Source: Fibrobacteria bacterium
GTDB lineage: Bacteria; Fibrobacterota; Chitinivibrionia; Chitinivibrionales; FEN-1185
DNA length: 64,000 bases
Direction of reading: 5' to 3'
Assembly: GCA_037447435.1 (NCBI GenBank)
Contig: JBBIGR010000006.1
Span: 32,001-96,000 of the forward strand
A program made the translations under genes and the position numbers. The first letter of the stretch is position 1. Each line of letters opens with the position of its first letter. Below are positions 1 through 10,140 of the stretch, piece after piece. The notes beneath the pieces are model-generated. The model did not search any database. It had not been told where the DNA came from and saw only the letters and a program-made list of their open reading frames with translations.

Positions 1-78
1 ACGCGCATACCGTTCAGCAAAGCTGAAGGAATAAGCGGCAAAAAGAACAATAAGCACGGCCATCAATTTATGCTGCAT
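1..78 (-). CDS. 5' end of a secreted protein (partial; runs off the window start)
   Basis: Reverse strand ATG at 78 preceded by AGGAG; reads MQHKLMAVLIVLFAAYSFSFAERYAR, a signal-peptide-like sequence, open to position 1. Confidence 0.7.
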   Translation of the reverse strand, partial: MQHKLMAVLIVLFAAYSFSFAERYAR

Positions 79-127
79 ACATTCTCCTGAAATGAAAGAA
101 CTTTGGGGAGCGTACTTTTCGTTACAA

Positions 128-163
128 AAAAACCCCTTCGGCATCTTTGCCGAAGGGGTTTTT
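128..163. terminator. Intrinsic terminator, bidirectional-looking
   Basis: AAAAACCCCTTCGGCA-TCTT-TGCCGAAGGGGTTTTT perfect stem just downstream of the 177..1088 gene. Confidence 0.9.
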
Positions 164-176
164 GCTTTTCATTTGT

Positions 177-1088
177 TTACTTAATAAGAAATTTACCGGT
201 CGCTTTAGAAGCTCCATTCGAAATGGACACCATATACACACCGGGGGCGAATTTAAATTGCGCCAAATTGATTTCATTATTTCCGTTTGCCGAGAAAGAC
301 TGTTCGGACATTGCCATTCTTTTTCCTTCGGCGTTATAGAACGAAACCTTGTAGTTATTGCTCGAAGGAACGTTAAATTTCAAGGAATTGTTTTTTGTAA
401 ACACAATCGAATATTGAGCCGCACCGTTTACGCTATGAAAGTTTTTCACGGCGAGAGGAAAACCGTTATAATTAAACAGGGTAACGTCTTTGATTTTAAT
501 CGTGGTCGTTATCCCAAGATCATCGTCGTCTTTTGGCGAAAAAGACAAATTGATGACATTTTGCGTGTTAAGATTTCCACGCGATGTCCGAGCGACCCAA
601 GACGGCTGAGTAAACGTTGCCGTAATGGAGTAAGCGCGGGACGTGTCCAAAACATTAAAATATTTTGTCGTCCAGGCAGTCGCTGCCGGCATCAATGCCT
701 GGTATGGAGCGGAATTGTCGGGATCCAACGTCGAATCGGGCAATACAAGATACCATGCACTGTCCGCCATATATGTTATTCTGATGGCAGTTGTCGTATT
801 GAGGGGTTTGGCGGAATCGAGATCGACTGTCAGTTCGACCCATGGATAAATCGTATCGCCGATTGCCGCAGCTTTAATGGTTTTCAAAACAATAATATCT
901 TGTGCGGCATCCGTTTGATAAAGGTGCCCGGAAGTATCGATTTTGCTGAGCGAATCGCAAATCGGTTCCCAATAAGATTCTTCCACTAAATTGGCGGAAG
1001 CATGGGTGGTGTCGATAGGGCCAACCGCTGCCGGAGCTGCATTCAAAGCAAAAAGCGCAACCGCAAGCGTTGCAAAAACCTTTTTCAT
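177..1088 (-). CDS. Secreted hypothetical protein with Por/T9SS-like C-terminal domain (possible carbohydrate-binding beta-sandwich)
   Basis: Signal peptide MKKVFATLAVALFALNAA; C-terminus YKVSFYNAEGK...APGVYMVSI...KFLIK; GGAGG RBS. Confidence 0.75.
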   Translation of the reverse strand: MKKVFATLAVALFALNAAPAAVGPIDTTHASANLVEESYWEPICDSLSKIDTSGHLYQTDAAQDIIVLKTIKAAAIGDTIYPWVELTVDLDSAKPLNTTTAIRITYMADSAWYLVLPDSTLDPDNSAPYQALMPAATAWTTKYFNVLDTSRAYSITATFTQPSWVARTSRGNLNTQNVINLSFSPKDDDDLGITTTIKIKDVTLFNYNGFPLAVKNFHSVNGAAQYSIVFTKNNSLKFNVPSSNNYKVSFYNAEGKRMAMSEQSFSANGNNEINLAQFKFAPGVYMVSISNGASKATGKFLIK

Positions 1089-1624
1089 GTAAACCTCCTG
1101 AAAAAAATGATTTTAAAACATTTAGATGGAATTTTATCGAATTTTAAACTGCGTTTTCACACAATTTTAACATTACAAATTTCAACTGCAAATAATTATT
1201 TCAAATTAATCTTCATTTTCGCTGATTAATATAAAACATTATAATTCCTCCGTATTTGCATTAAGGAATAAATTAGTTGTTATTTTCCAAAATTTAAAAT
1301 TTCCCGGTTACAAAAATTTATTTGCAACGAATTATTGAGTCCAGCAAAGCATTGTTCGGCTTTTATAGACAACGTTTGCAGATTATATAATAATATGGAA
1401 TGCTTTAACCGCTTTTATTTTTCTCAATTTATTGAAATAGTAACATTTTCCTAAAAACATCGAACTGCCAAATATAATTAGCACGAATCGGGACATCCAC
1501 CGCCCCGAATTAAGGCATAATATTGTTGCCATACTATTCCGAAATATTTAGTTTTGTAATAAGACAACCGGAATTCAAACAAAAACACTGCCTTTCCTCA
1601 AAATCGTTTTGGGAAAAAAATACC

Positions 1625-2359
1625 ATGGCCAATGAAGAATCAAAAAACAAAAATGATTGGGCAAGCTCGGTTAAATGGATAGTTATCGGCGTTATCACGT
1701 TAACGGTCGTTTTTTTATTTAAAAAGGAAATCAGCCAATTGCTCGGCCGGGCCGACACGATAGAAATATCGGACAAAGGGCTAAAAATTAAAACCGTTCA
1801 AACCGTGTTGGGAAATGCGGAAGTTTCCAATGTAACCGTGAAAAACACCGCAATTGCGGGTGACGGCATTCAGGATACTTCATTCATCAGCCGACGACAC
1901 ATGTTTCAAATCAGCTGGCCGCATTCGGGCAATTGGATCGCAAACACAACCATGAGCAAAGCCCTTATGCAACAAATGGGGTTTCCTTCAACCGTCGACA
2001 TGCCGTTGATAATAATGAAAAATGAGGTTTCCGGAAATTTTCGTCCCAATGTCAACGTCGTGGTGGAATCAATCGGCACTATGACCACGACCGAATATAT
2101 GAACAGATCGGTTCAGATTCTCCAACAACAAGGCTGGCGGATTTTAACAAAAGATATCGACGAAGACACCCACGGAGGGTTTATTTCTTTTTTCAACAAC
2201 AACCTCGGCTATACATTGTTCCAATTCCAGCGATACGCAATTGCAAATGGAAAAGCGTATATTATAACGGCAAGTCAATTGCCGCCCCAAGATTCGTTTT
2301 CACAAAGCTTGCGCCAGGAACTTTTAAGTATTCTTAATTCATTCAGGGTAATTACGTAA
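1625..2359 (+). CDS. Membrane-anchored hypothetical protein with DcrB/PsbP-like domain
   Basis: Probable start MANEESK; one TM helix (WIVIGVITLTVVFLF); NFRPNVNVVVES and QRYAIANGKAYIITAS...ILNSFRV resemble the DcrB/PsbP fold. Confidence 0.55.
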   Translation: MANEESKNKNDWASSVKWIVIGVITLTVVFLFKKEISQLLGRADTIEISDKGLKIKTVQTVLGNAEVSNVTVKNTAIAGDGIQDTSFISRRHMFQISWPHSGNWIANTTMSKALMQQMGFPSTVDMPLIIMKNEVSGNFRPNVNVVVESIGTMTTTEYMNRSVQILQQQGWRILTKDIDEDTHGGFISFFNNNLGYTLFQFQRYAIANGKAYIITASQLPPQDSFSQSLRQELLSILNSFRVIT

Positions 2360-2404
2360 TATCAAGAATACGTAAATAAATTCCGAGTTCGCTCGCTATT
2401 CACC

Positions 2405-5400
2405 TTACGGCAAATACATCACCTTGGATTGCAACACTTTCATGGCTGCGCCGTGATTGTCGTACCCCGAAAGTTTGACGATATACATACCCGCTGCGGT
2501 CTTTTTTCCGTCCTTGGGATTCCATACGATTTCATTTTGACCGGCACGGACCGGCACTTTTTGAGTGCTTTTCCAAACGATTCGCCCCAATTGATCGACA
2601 ACTTGGCAGTTTACATAATCGATACCTGCGCCGGGAATGGCAAACCCGATCCTGACCGAACTTCTGAACGGATTAGGAAATATCCGCGTCAGCCTGAATT
2701 CCCCACCCATGGCCCTTACCGAATTCCCGATAAATTCTTTTGTCCCCACGACAAAATACCGGAATTCCCGGGACAACGCCCCTACCGATACGGTTTGCAC
2801 ATTTTGCTCGTATGATGGTTCCCCGGTTTGCGGATCGATAACGGCGATTTCATTTCCTTTTGCAAACGGAGTCTCTTTTGATAAAGTAAATGAAATTTTC
2901 GCGGCGGATTCGCCGTTATTTTCGAAGGCCAAAGTAAACGCGCAGCCGTTTTTTTCCCGGGAACGGACTAGCACGTTACCGAAGATTTTTTTTTGCGCCT
3001 CATCATACACGCCGACCGACACTTTTGCCCACGACGGAGGTTTGGGATACCAAACGGTTCCATTGTCGGCTTCACGGAATCCGCAATACACCGAACCGAG
3101 CATACCGTCGTCCGTAAACGGTTTAACCGAAACGCACCATTCGTTTGCACGTGCGGTTTTCACGGAAGAGACTTGCGAAAGGACCACGGGAGTAGGCGGA
3201 ATCAATAATGCAACAGGCTTGGCCAATTGATTATTTACCGAATAGGCAAGCCCCTGACCGTCCCGATACGAGAGCAGAGTTTTTTTGTCGACTTTTCCCG
3301 GCATACCCGGGAGATAAACCGCCTCGGGATACATCCGGGATTTTCCGGTATCTGACTGCAGGCGCCACTCATAAAAAGAAAGTGAGTTTTCTTCATTACC
3401 CAATAGCGCTCCTTGGGAAACGGTAGATAACAACACATCGCCGATGCGAACCGGAAATTGAAACGGCAATGCGAAATCCGTCCATCCGTTCGCATCACAG
3501 GAAATGATCGTCGGGTTTTTCAAGGAGACTGTTTTCCCGGTTCCAAAATCGATATGCGGCGCCGTCCTCGTTTTCAACCATACGACTTTTCCCGGCAACA
3601 AATCGAATTGAGATTTTATTGAATCACTATATTCGAACCACGTGCTGTTTTTCCAGGAAAAGAGCCTGAATTTTGTCTTATCGTATGTCCACGGAGTGGA
3701 TTGGCCCAGCTGCTTAAGGCAGGATTGTATAGACGGATCATCGAGTATTGCAGTGGTTGAAACCGGGGTCCACTGTTCGATTTGCGGAACAAACTCATTG
3801 GATTTTGATTTCGCGACGGAGCGTGAAAGGTCTACCCGTTGCGTAAAGTGACCGTCGGAAACCGAAAGCGACATTCTGACTCCGTAGTCGCTGATGACAA
3901 GATAATCGCTGCCTTTGACAATACAGGAAAACGTATCGATTGTGGACGTGCAAAAGGAATCGGCCGAAACGGATTTATCGTCGGCCCGTCCCCACGTGAG
4001 CGTGGATTTTACATTTGCAATATTGTCGGAAATTCGCCATGAAACCGGCACATCCTGCAACGGCTGCAAAACGGACTGCGTATCGCTCAGCAAGGTCAAT
4101 TCCGGCCGAACCGTGTCGACCATCACGATAAACGGCAACTTGCAATTCGTCCCGAGCGGAGAAATCGACAATGTCTTGGATAACGGGTCCACGACCACAG
4201 GCAACGTATCGACAAACCACAGATCTTTTTGCGCGTCATAATGATAAACGCGAAAATCGCTTTCCGAATACGGAGCCGGAACCGAATCGTAATGGATGGA
4301 AACGGTAAAGGGAATCGGCGGAAGAGAATGATTGTCGAACAGAAATCCGAGACTCGCGGGAATACACCCGCTTTGGTGAAGTGCAGCGTCCGATTTTCTG
4401 ACCGTCACATCGTATTCGATGAGTTGGGAACCTTTGATCGTGTCTTTTTGAAGCACCACTTTGCCGCCGAATACGGACAATTGGTTCGTGTTTGCCGGAA
4501 ACAACGATATTTTTTGCCATGAAGGCATCGGGATAAGGAATGTCGTGTCCGAGCCTTTTGTCGGGCTCGCCCATTTTCCTTCTACTTTCCGGAGCCAAAT
4601 TCCAAACCGGTATTTTGTTCCGAAATCGATTTTCGGGGGAACGATATCGACGGCGCAGGTCGTTTTGGCGAACGTGACGATCGGAACGATGTTTCCGATC
4701 CCGCTGGCTTTATCGGGCGCGGGAAACGCGCCATTCTCACTTGTCCAAACAATACCCGCTTCAAGCTGAACACCGGCGGTATCCACGGCAAATTCGAACG
4801 TGAGTTTATTGGCAACGCTATCGAAAGCCAGGGCTGTGATGCGGATTTTATTGACAATGGCCATTGTGTCGGTAAGCGGCAACGTCTTTGCGAATGCGCT
4901 TGACAGTTTTGTCACATTGGACCATATCCCGGCCTTGGCGACCTGCAGGCCGAAATAATACGAGGCGGAATCCTTAAGTCCCGTGATCCAGACGGTAGTA
5001 TCGAGCAATGAGAGGTTGCCGGTTTTGGCATAATCGCCGTACGAAATAGCCGGAGTATCGAGCGGAACCGGATTTGCCCCATACAAAACTCGCATACTAT
5101 CGACCGATGTTGCGTTCCTTGTCCAATGCAAATGCACCTGGGTCGATTTGATAGTATCCACCGACAATGCCACCGTATTGACCGGACGCGAGAAACCAAC
5201 CGTATTGGCAGCGAGAGCCGCCGAACTCACGCCGCCGTTGACGCCTTTGATCACGACGCGCCACTGCACGGTTTTTTCCGAGCCGGTAAACCTCACGTCT
5301 TTATACGTTTTCGTCAACGAATTTCCCGACCCGATAGATGAACGGAGTATTTCGTCGGTTATTGCCGCGGCACCCGCAACCGAATAGCTCAGCGACAATG

Positions 5401-7078
5401 AGGCAACCTTGCTTAAATCCACTTGGGACAGGTTTAAAATCGTTACGGTAACCGAATCGGCACCTCCCGAGTAGAGTAAGGCCATTGTTAACGGATTTGA
5501 CAATGGCGCGGTATCGCACATAAGTATGGAAACGCCGGACGCTGCCGTATCGGCAAACGACGGCAAAGAATCCTTTGCACCCGCATTGTTTTTCCAATTG
5601 ACGCTGCCGAGAAAATCGTACAGAAAGCACGGCGAGGGCGAGGCGTAACGGGCAACGGAAACGACGGTGTCGTACTGATCCGCGGATTTACTTTGCAATT
5701 GTTTCACGGAAAAGCTCAATGCCGTTTTATCGGTTCTTTGGGGCGGATTTGTTGGCCAGGCGTTTGCCTTGTACCAAACGAAAACACTGTCCGTAAACCA
5801 CGGAAACAACATCGGCGCAGCCAACGGAAGCCCCGCATATTTGCTAATAGTCAATTTAACATGCATGGAGTCTATTACCGTTCCGCGAACAACGATCGGG
5901 TTATTGACCGACAGGTTCGGCGCGACTATCAACCGGGCAAAACGGCTTGTGTCGGCACCGAACGAATTGCTCACCACGCATATGTACAGACCGCTGTCTT
6001 GCGGCTGGGCACTGGGAAACGAGAGTATATTGCTTGTTTGCCCGGAAAATAAAGATGTCGTTGCAACCGAATTTTTGTACCATTTGTAAGTGAGCGGTTG
6101 TACGCCGCTTGCGGTTACGGAAAACCGGTATGCCGACGAAGCCAGTACGGCAGTGTCTCGCGGTTCTATGGTAATTACCGGCAAACCGGTATTCACCTTT
6201 ACCGTTGCGCCTCTACTGGTATCGGCACCTGCAGAATTTTTAACGACACAATAGTAGACACCGCTATCGGCCGGCTGAGCGGCCGATAGCGAAAAAGTGC
6301 TGGATACCTGATTAGCGATGACGTTTCCAGCCAAGACGGAAGTTTTATACCAGGCATATGATAAGACCCCGTTTCCGCTTGCCGAAACGCTGATTGAAAG
6401 CGGTGCACCCTGAATACCTACAGTGTCCTTTGGTTCCGTGGTTATGTTGGGAACAGTAACGGCGTTTGCGGCATAGGTTACGACGAGCTGTGCATCGGAA
6501 ATTGTCCAATAATAGCCCCAATATTTAAAATCGGCGGACATGATAAACCCTTTATTCGCGGTATCGGCGTCCACCCATTTTTGAATCAGCTTGGTCAAAG
6601 TATCGGTTGAAATATCGACCCATGTGTTTGTTGTTGGGGAAACCGTGAATTGTTTTGATCCGATCAGGCTGTTCCAAGGTGCATCTTCTGTTTGAGCGGC
6701 ATAATTTACATAATACGAACTGTAATCGCCTGCGGCAGTATATGGTTTGTGGTTTTGTTCGAACAAATTGATTGTTTGAGGGAAAACAAGAAATGGATTT
6801 GGGGTGAACCCTGAAATCTTGAATTGAAACGTTGCTTTTTTAACCGTGACCGATTTGAGAGAACTTAAATTTGAATAAGCCAACACCTCTTCTGAATAAC
6901 CCGCAGTTAGTCCTCTTGGATAAGCGCCGACATAAGAAGTGGCGCTTGTGCTGGGAACCCATTCCACCATATGCAGACCGGATTTAACAACCGAAAAAGT
7001 GGCAGTGGTATCGGCTTTAGAAAGACAAACTATTGATAAAGCCAGCAAGATTACCTTAAATATCAAGCCCTTACGCAT
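2405..7078 (-). CDS. Large secreted multidomain protein: DNRLRE-like domain, two Ig-like (I-set) domains, FN3-like domain, FlgD/T9SS-like C-terminal domain
   Basis: Signal peptide; WVDIS..TKLIQKWVD...NKGFI; two repeats ITxEPxD...YxWYK...DSGxYxCVVxNSxGADTS; ITGLKDSASYYF; C-terminal IFPNPF...VVDQLGRIV...AAGMYIVKL. Confidence 0.75.
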   Translation of the reverse strand: MRKGLIFKVILLALSIVCLSKADTTATFSVVKSGLHMVEWVPSTSATSYVGAYPRGLTAGYSEEVLAYSNLSSLKSVTVKKATFQFKISGFTPNPFLVFPQTINLFEQNHKPYTAAGDYSSYYVNYAAQTEDAPWNSLIGSKQFTVSPTTNTWVDISTDTLTKLIQKWVDADTANKGFIMSADFKYWGYYWTISDAQLVVTYAANAVTVPNITTEPKDTVGIQGAPLSISVSASGNGVLSYAWYKTSVLAGNVIANQVSSTFSLSAAQPADSGVYYCVVKNSAGADTSRGATVKVNTGLPVITIEPRDTAVLASSAYRFSVTASGVQPLTYKWYKNSVATTSLFSGQTSNILSFPSAQPQDSGLYICVVSNSFGADTSRFARLIVAPNLSVNNPIVVRGTVIDSMHVKLTISKYAGLPLAAPMLFPWFTDSVFVWYKANAWPTNPPQRTDKTALSFSVKQLQSKSADQYDTVVSVARYASPSPCFLYDFLGSVNWKNNAGAKDSLPSFADTAASGVSILMCDTAPLSNPLTMALLYSGGADSVTVTILNLSQVDLSKVASLSLSYSVAGAAAITDEILRSSIGSGNSLTKTYKDVRFTGSEKTVQWRVVIKGVNGGVSSAALAANTVGFSRPVNTVALSVDTIKSTQVHLHWTRNATSVDSMRVLYGANPVPLDTPAISYGDYAKTGNLSLLDTTVWITGLKDSASYYFGLQVAKAGIWSNVTKLSSAFAKTLPLTDTMAIVNKIRITALAFDSVANKLTFEFAVDTAGVQLEAGIVWTSENGAFPAPDKASGIGNIVPIVTFAKTTCAVDIVPPKIDFGTKYRFGIWLRKVEGKWASPTKGSDTTFLIPMPSWQKISLFPANTNQLSVFGGKVVLQKDTIKGSQLIEYDVTVRKSDAALHQSGCIPASLGFLFDNHSLPPIPFTVSIHYDSVPAPYSESDFRVYHYDAQKDLWFVDTLPVVVDPLSKTLSISPLGTNCKLPFIVMVDTVRPELTLLSDTQSVLQPLQDVPVSWRISDNIANVKSTLTWGRADDKSVSADSFCTSTIDTFSCIVKGSDYLVISDYGVRMSLSVSDGHFTQRVDLSRSVAKSKSNEFVPQIEQWTPVSTTAILDDPSIQSCLKQLGQSTPWTYDKTKFRLFSWKNSTWFEYSDSIKSQFDLLPGKVVWLKTRTAPHIDFGTGKTVSLKNPTIISCDANGWTDFALPFQFPVRIGDVLLSTVSQGALLGNEENSLSFYEWRLQSDTGKSRMYPEAVYLPGMPGKVDKKTLLSYRDGQGLAYSVNNQLAKPVALLIPPTPVVLSQVSSVKTARANEWCVSVKPFTDDGMLGSVYCGFREADNGTVWYPKPPSWAKVSVGVYDEAQKKIFGNVLVRSREKNGCAFTLAFENNGESAAKISFTLSKETPFAKGNEIAVIDPQTGEPSYEQNVQTVSVGALSREFRYFVVGTKEFIGNSVRAMGGEFRLTRIFPNPFRSSVRIGFAIPGAGIDYVNCQVVDQLGRIVWKSTQKVPVRAGQNEIVWNPKDGKKTAAGMYIVKLSGYDNHGAAMKVLQSKVMYLP

Positions 7079-7347
7079 TTTTTCAGCCTCCGGATTTTAC
7101 CGTAACGAATATCGCATTTTTCGGGTCGTCAATTAACGTAAGAAATAATTACTTAAATTATCATATGAATATGAGTAAAAACAGTAAAATTTAAAAATGA
7201 TATGTCTTTTTGGGAAAAACATCAAATAGTATCCCCGTTTTTGATAATTACTTTTTTGCCTTTTAAGGTATTTTTATAGACGTCATTCAAGGGTTTATTT
7301 GATTATTCTTTTTTTATAAATATAACTTTAAAGGGTATCTCATTATC

Positions 7348-8613
7348 ATGATTTCGAAAAATATCACGTTGTCTTTGTCACTGATTTTCACAATTTCTAT
7401 TTTCTTGTTTTTTTTGAATTGCCAGGAGCAGAAAAAAATGTGCGGCCACAATTTTATCAAAGTTGGAGCAGGCTTTCAATATTTGGATAAAAGAGATCCA
7501 TCCAACATGCCGCCCAATGGGCTTGCCGTTGCAAAGGTTCCCCAATTCATTTCATTCGGATTTGACGATAATGGGTTTTCGGGGTGGAAAAATTCAAAAT
7601 CCCAAAATGGAATATCCTTTACCTTGGAACTTGCAAAAAATAAAAACAATCCGAAAGGAAAAGGAAATCCAAAAACTTTTGATGGTGCCAAATTACACTT
7701 TTCTTACTACATTGCAGGAGTCTACATCGGTGCGGAGCAAGCTGAAAGCCCTGTTTTTATTCGCAAAGCGATGCATGAAGTCCTTTCCTGCGGTAATGAA
7801 ATCGGAAACCACACCTATTCGCACGAACATGGAACGAATTTTTCACTTGCACGGTGGCAAGCGGACATAGATGAATGTACCCGACGGTTGATTAAGCCGT
7901 TCGATGCGGCGGAAGATCCCGAGAACCCGGACATTTTGAAAGGTATTGGGGATTCGGCCAATACTATTTTCGGGTTTCGGACTCCGTTCCTCGAATACAG
8001 CGATACGCTTTTTACGGCGATTAAAAATATGGGGTTCTGGTATGATTGTTCTATCGAGGAAGGCTGGCAAAAAGACCAGGACGGTACCAATTACCTTTGG
8101 CCGTATACTTTAGATAACGGAAGTCCCGGCAATGTCAAAACCACCCAGGACTCTGCTTCACCATTGATCGGAAAACATAGCGGTTTATGGGAACTTCCCT
8201 GTTATGCCGTTATCGTGCCCCCGGACAACAAGTGCACAGAATACGGAACAGTTCCCGGACTTCGCGCGAAACTTGCAAAAGTAAAAAAATATTGCGACAC
8301 CGCCGACGGCAAAATAACCGGATTGGACTGGAACCTGTGGGTTGATTTTCAGATGTCGAAACCGGAATTCCTGGCAACGCTCAAATATACTTTGGATTTA
8401 AGACTTGCAGGAAACCGGTGTCCGATGATGATCGGCGTGCATAGCGATATTTATTCCGATTCATATCCGGATACTATTGCCAATGCGACTCCGAAGGAAC
8501 GACGCGAAGCTTTGCAGGAGTTCATTGCCTACGCCTTGAGCAAGCCGCAAGTGCGTTTTGCCACAAATAAACAAATCCTCGATTGGTTACGAAACCCGGC
8601 GGCCATGGAATAA
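7348..8613 (+). CDS. Polysaccharide deacetylase (CE4), probable lipoprotein or exported
   Basis: CE4 motifs GFDDNG, HTYSH, GFRTPFL, IGVH; hydrophobic N-terminus ending FFLNC. Confidence 0.85.
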   Translation: MISKNITLSLSLIFTISIFLFFLNCQEQKKMCGHNFIKVGAGFQYLDKRDPSNMPPNGLAVAKVPQFISFGFDDNGFSGWKNSKSQNGISFTLELAKNKNNPKGKGNPKTFDGAKLHFSYYIAGVYIGAEQAESPVFIRKAMHEVLSCGNEIGNHTYSHEHGTNFSLARWQADIDECTRRLIKPFDAAEDPENPDILKGIGDSANTIFGFRTPFLEYSDTLFTAIKNMGFWYDCSIEEGWQKDQDGTNYLWPYTLDNGSPGNVKTTQDSASPLIGKHSGLWELPCYAVIVPPDNKCTEYGTVPGLRAKLAKVKKYCDTADGKITGLDWNLWVDFQMSKPEFLATLKYTLDLRLAGNRCPMMIGVHSDIYSDSYPDTIANATPKERREALQEFIAYALSKPQVRFATNKQILDWLRNPAAME

Positions 8614-8648
8614 AAAAAAGGCCGCGATCGGATTTCGCGGCCTTTTTT
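8614..8648. terminator. Bidirectional intrinsic terminator
   Basis: AAAAAAGGCCGCGA-TCGGATT-TCGCGGCCTTTTTT between convergent genes. Confidence 0.9.
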
Positions 8649-8666
8649 GTGTTTCTTAACGGATGA

Positions 8667-9752
8667 TTATTGCGAAACAAGAAATTTCTTTGATTGAACG
8701 TTCCCATTGTCCGTTAAGGATGCAACATAGGCTCCCGGCTTTAAACAAGCCGAAAGTCCGGTAAACGCATTTGCCCCGATACGCATTGCATGGACCTTTG
8801 CAGATAAATCGGCCACCAGCGCACCTTTAACGTCGTAAATTTTCATTGTCGCTTTTGAAGGATTTACAAGAGCTGCCGATACTTTCGCCTCGGTATTGGG
8901 TTTCGCTTTTGTTTGGGTCACGTAGCCTTTTTGATATACACGGATATAATCAATGGATAATTTCTGGGGAAAAATCGAATTGTCGATGCTGTTTCCCTGA
9001 TAATTTCCGCCGATAGCGATATTCGCGATAAAAAAGTGCGGCTGATGAAACGATTGGAAATTATTCGTTTTATTAATATCGGCATATTCCCAAATTTTTG
9101 TTCCATCCAAGAAATATTGAATTTTTAGCGAATCCCATTGAATTGCATACAGATGAAAGGTATCGCATAAACACGCGGTAAAATTTGTTTGATTCGTATG
9201 ATATTCCGGCGCATACGCTCCCCACGTAGAACTATAATGACAGGTGGTTACAAAACAATTGTCTCCCGCGCAGGCCGGAGTGCTTCCCAAACTATATTTT
9301 TGCGGGCCGGTACGTTGTTCGTACATTTCTATTTCTCCGCAGGATGGCCATTTTGAAACATCAAGATCGCTTCCCAAAGTCCAAAATGCGGGCCACAATC
9401 CGTTTCCTTTAGGAGTTTTTAATTTTGCTTCAAAATAACCGTATTTGAATTCCCTTTTGCCTTTCGTATGCATTCTGCAGGAAGTGTAACTGAAACCTCC
9501 CATGCTTTCATGTTTTGCAATAAGTGAACCAACGCCATTTGCCACTTCAAAATTCCCCGGGTTATAATATTCGGCCTCGAAATTTCCCCAACCCTGAACG
9601 CCGTTACCGGTTTCAAAGCTCCAATTGCTCGTATCTACGGCATTACCGTCAAATTCATCCGACCAAGCCAAATTGTACCCAGCCGGAGCCGCAGCCATAG
9701 TACTCAGCGCACTTATACAGACTAATCCGATTGCCAATACCTTTTTCAGCAT
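8667..9752 (-). CDS. Glycoside hydrolase family 16 (beta-1,3-glucanase-like) with C-terminal sorting-like domain
   Basis: WSDEFDG, KYGYFEAK, GLWPAFW, CGEIEMYE, FHLYAIQW, IDYIRVYQ; ATG 9752 with GGAGG RBS; signal peptide. Confidence 0.9.
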   Translation of the reverse strand: MLKKVLAIGLVCISALSTMAAAPAGYNLAWSDEFDGNAVDTSNWSFETGNGVQGWGNFEAEYYNPGNFEVANGVGSLIAKHESMGGFSYTSCRMHTKGKREFKYGYFEAKLKTPKGNGLWPAFWTLGSDLDVSKWPSCGEIEMYEQRTGPQKYSLGSTPACAGDNCFVTTCHYSSTWGAYAPEYHTNQTNFTACLCDTFHLYAIQWDSLKIQYFLDGTKIWEYADINKTNNFQSFHQPHFFIANIAIGGNYQGNSIDNSIFPQKLSIDYIRVYQKGYVTQTKAKPNTEAKVSAALVNPSKATMKIYDVKGALVADLSAKVHAMRIGANAFTGLSACLKPGAYVASLTDNGNVQSKKFLVSQ

Positions 9753-10140
9753 GAAATCCTCCACTTGTTAAAACGTTAAAGAATAATTTTTTTTATGAAC
9801 ACTGATTATGCGGGTTTTGTAATGTTACAATATACTGTCGCTTTTAAAAATTCGCAAACATATTTTTTCTAAATTAATTAAATAATAATATATTTTTATT
9901 ATAACTTATTGATTTTTTTAGTTATTATTTGATTTATTAATTAAACAAGATCGTGTATATTCGTAATCGCGATCATGAAAAGCCGCTGACTACCTTGACA
10001 TTGCCCATAAAAGCTATAAAAGTAAACGAGATTTTGTAATCGGCAACGCATGTATTTATTGCTCTATGTGTGAAGCCGATAGTATGTTATAACGATTAAA
10101 TATCGCATCCTTTAATCAACGTACTGCGGAGAAATGCTTT

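Noticed and set aside
147..989. 280-aa plus-strand ORF and similar long antisense ORFs (11791-12702, 16705-17472, 37130-38047, 52791-53549)
   Set aside because: They shadow well-supported genes on the opposite strand and have no recognisable motifs
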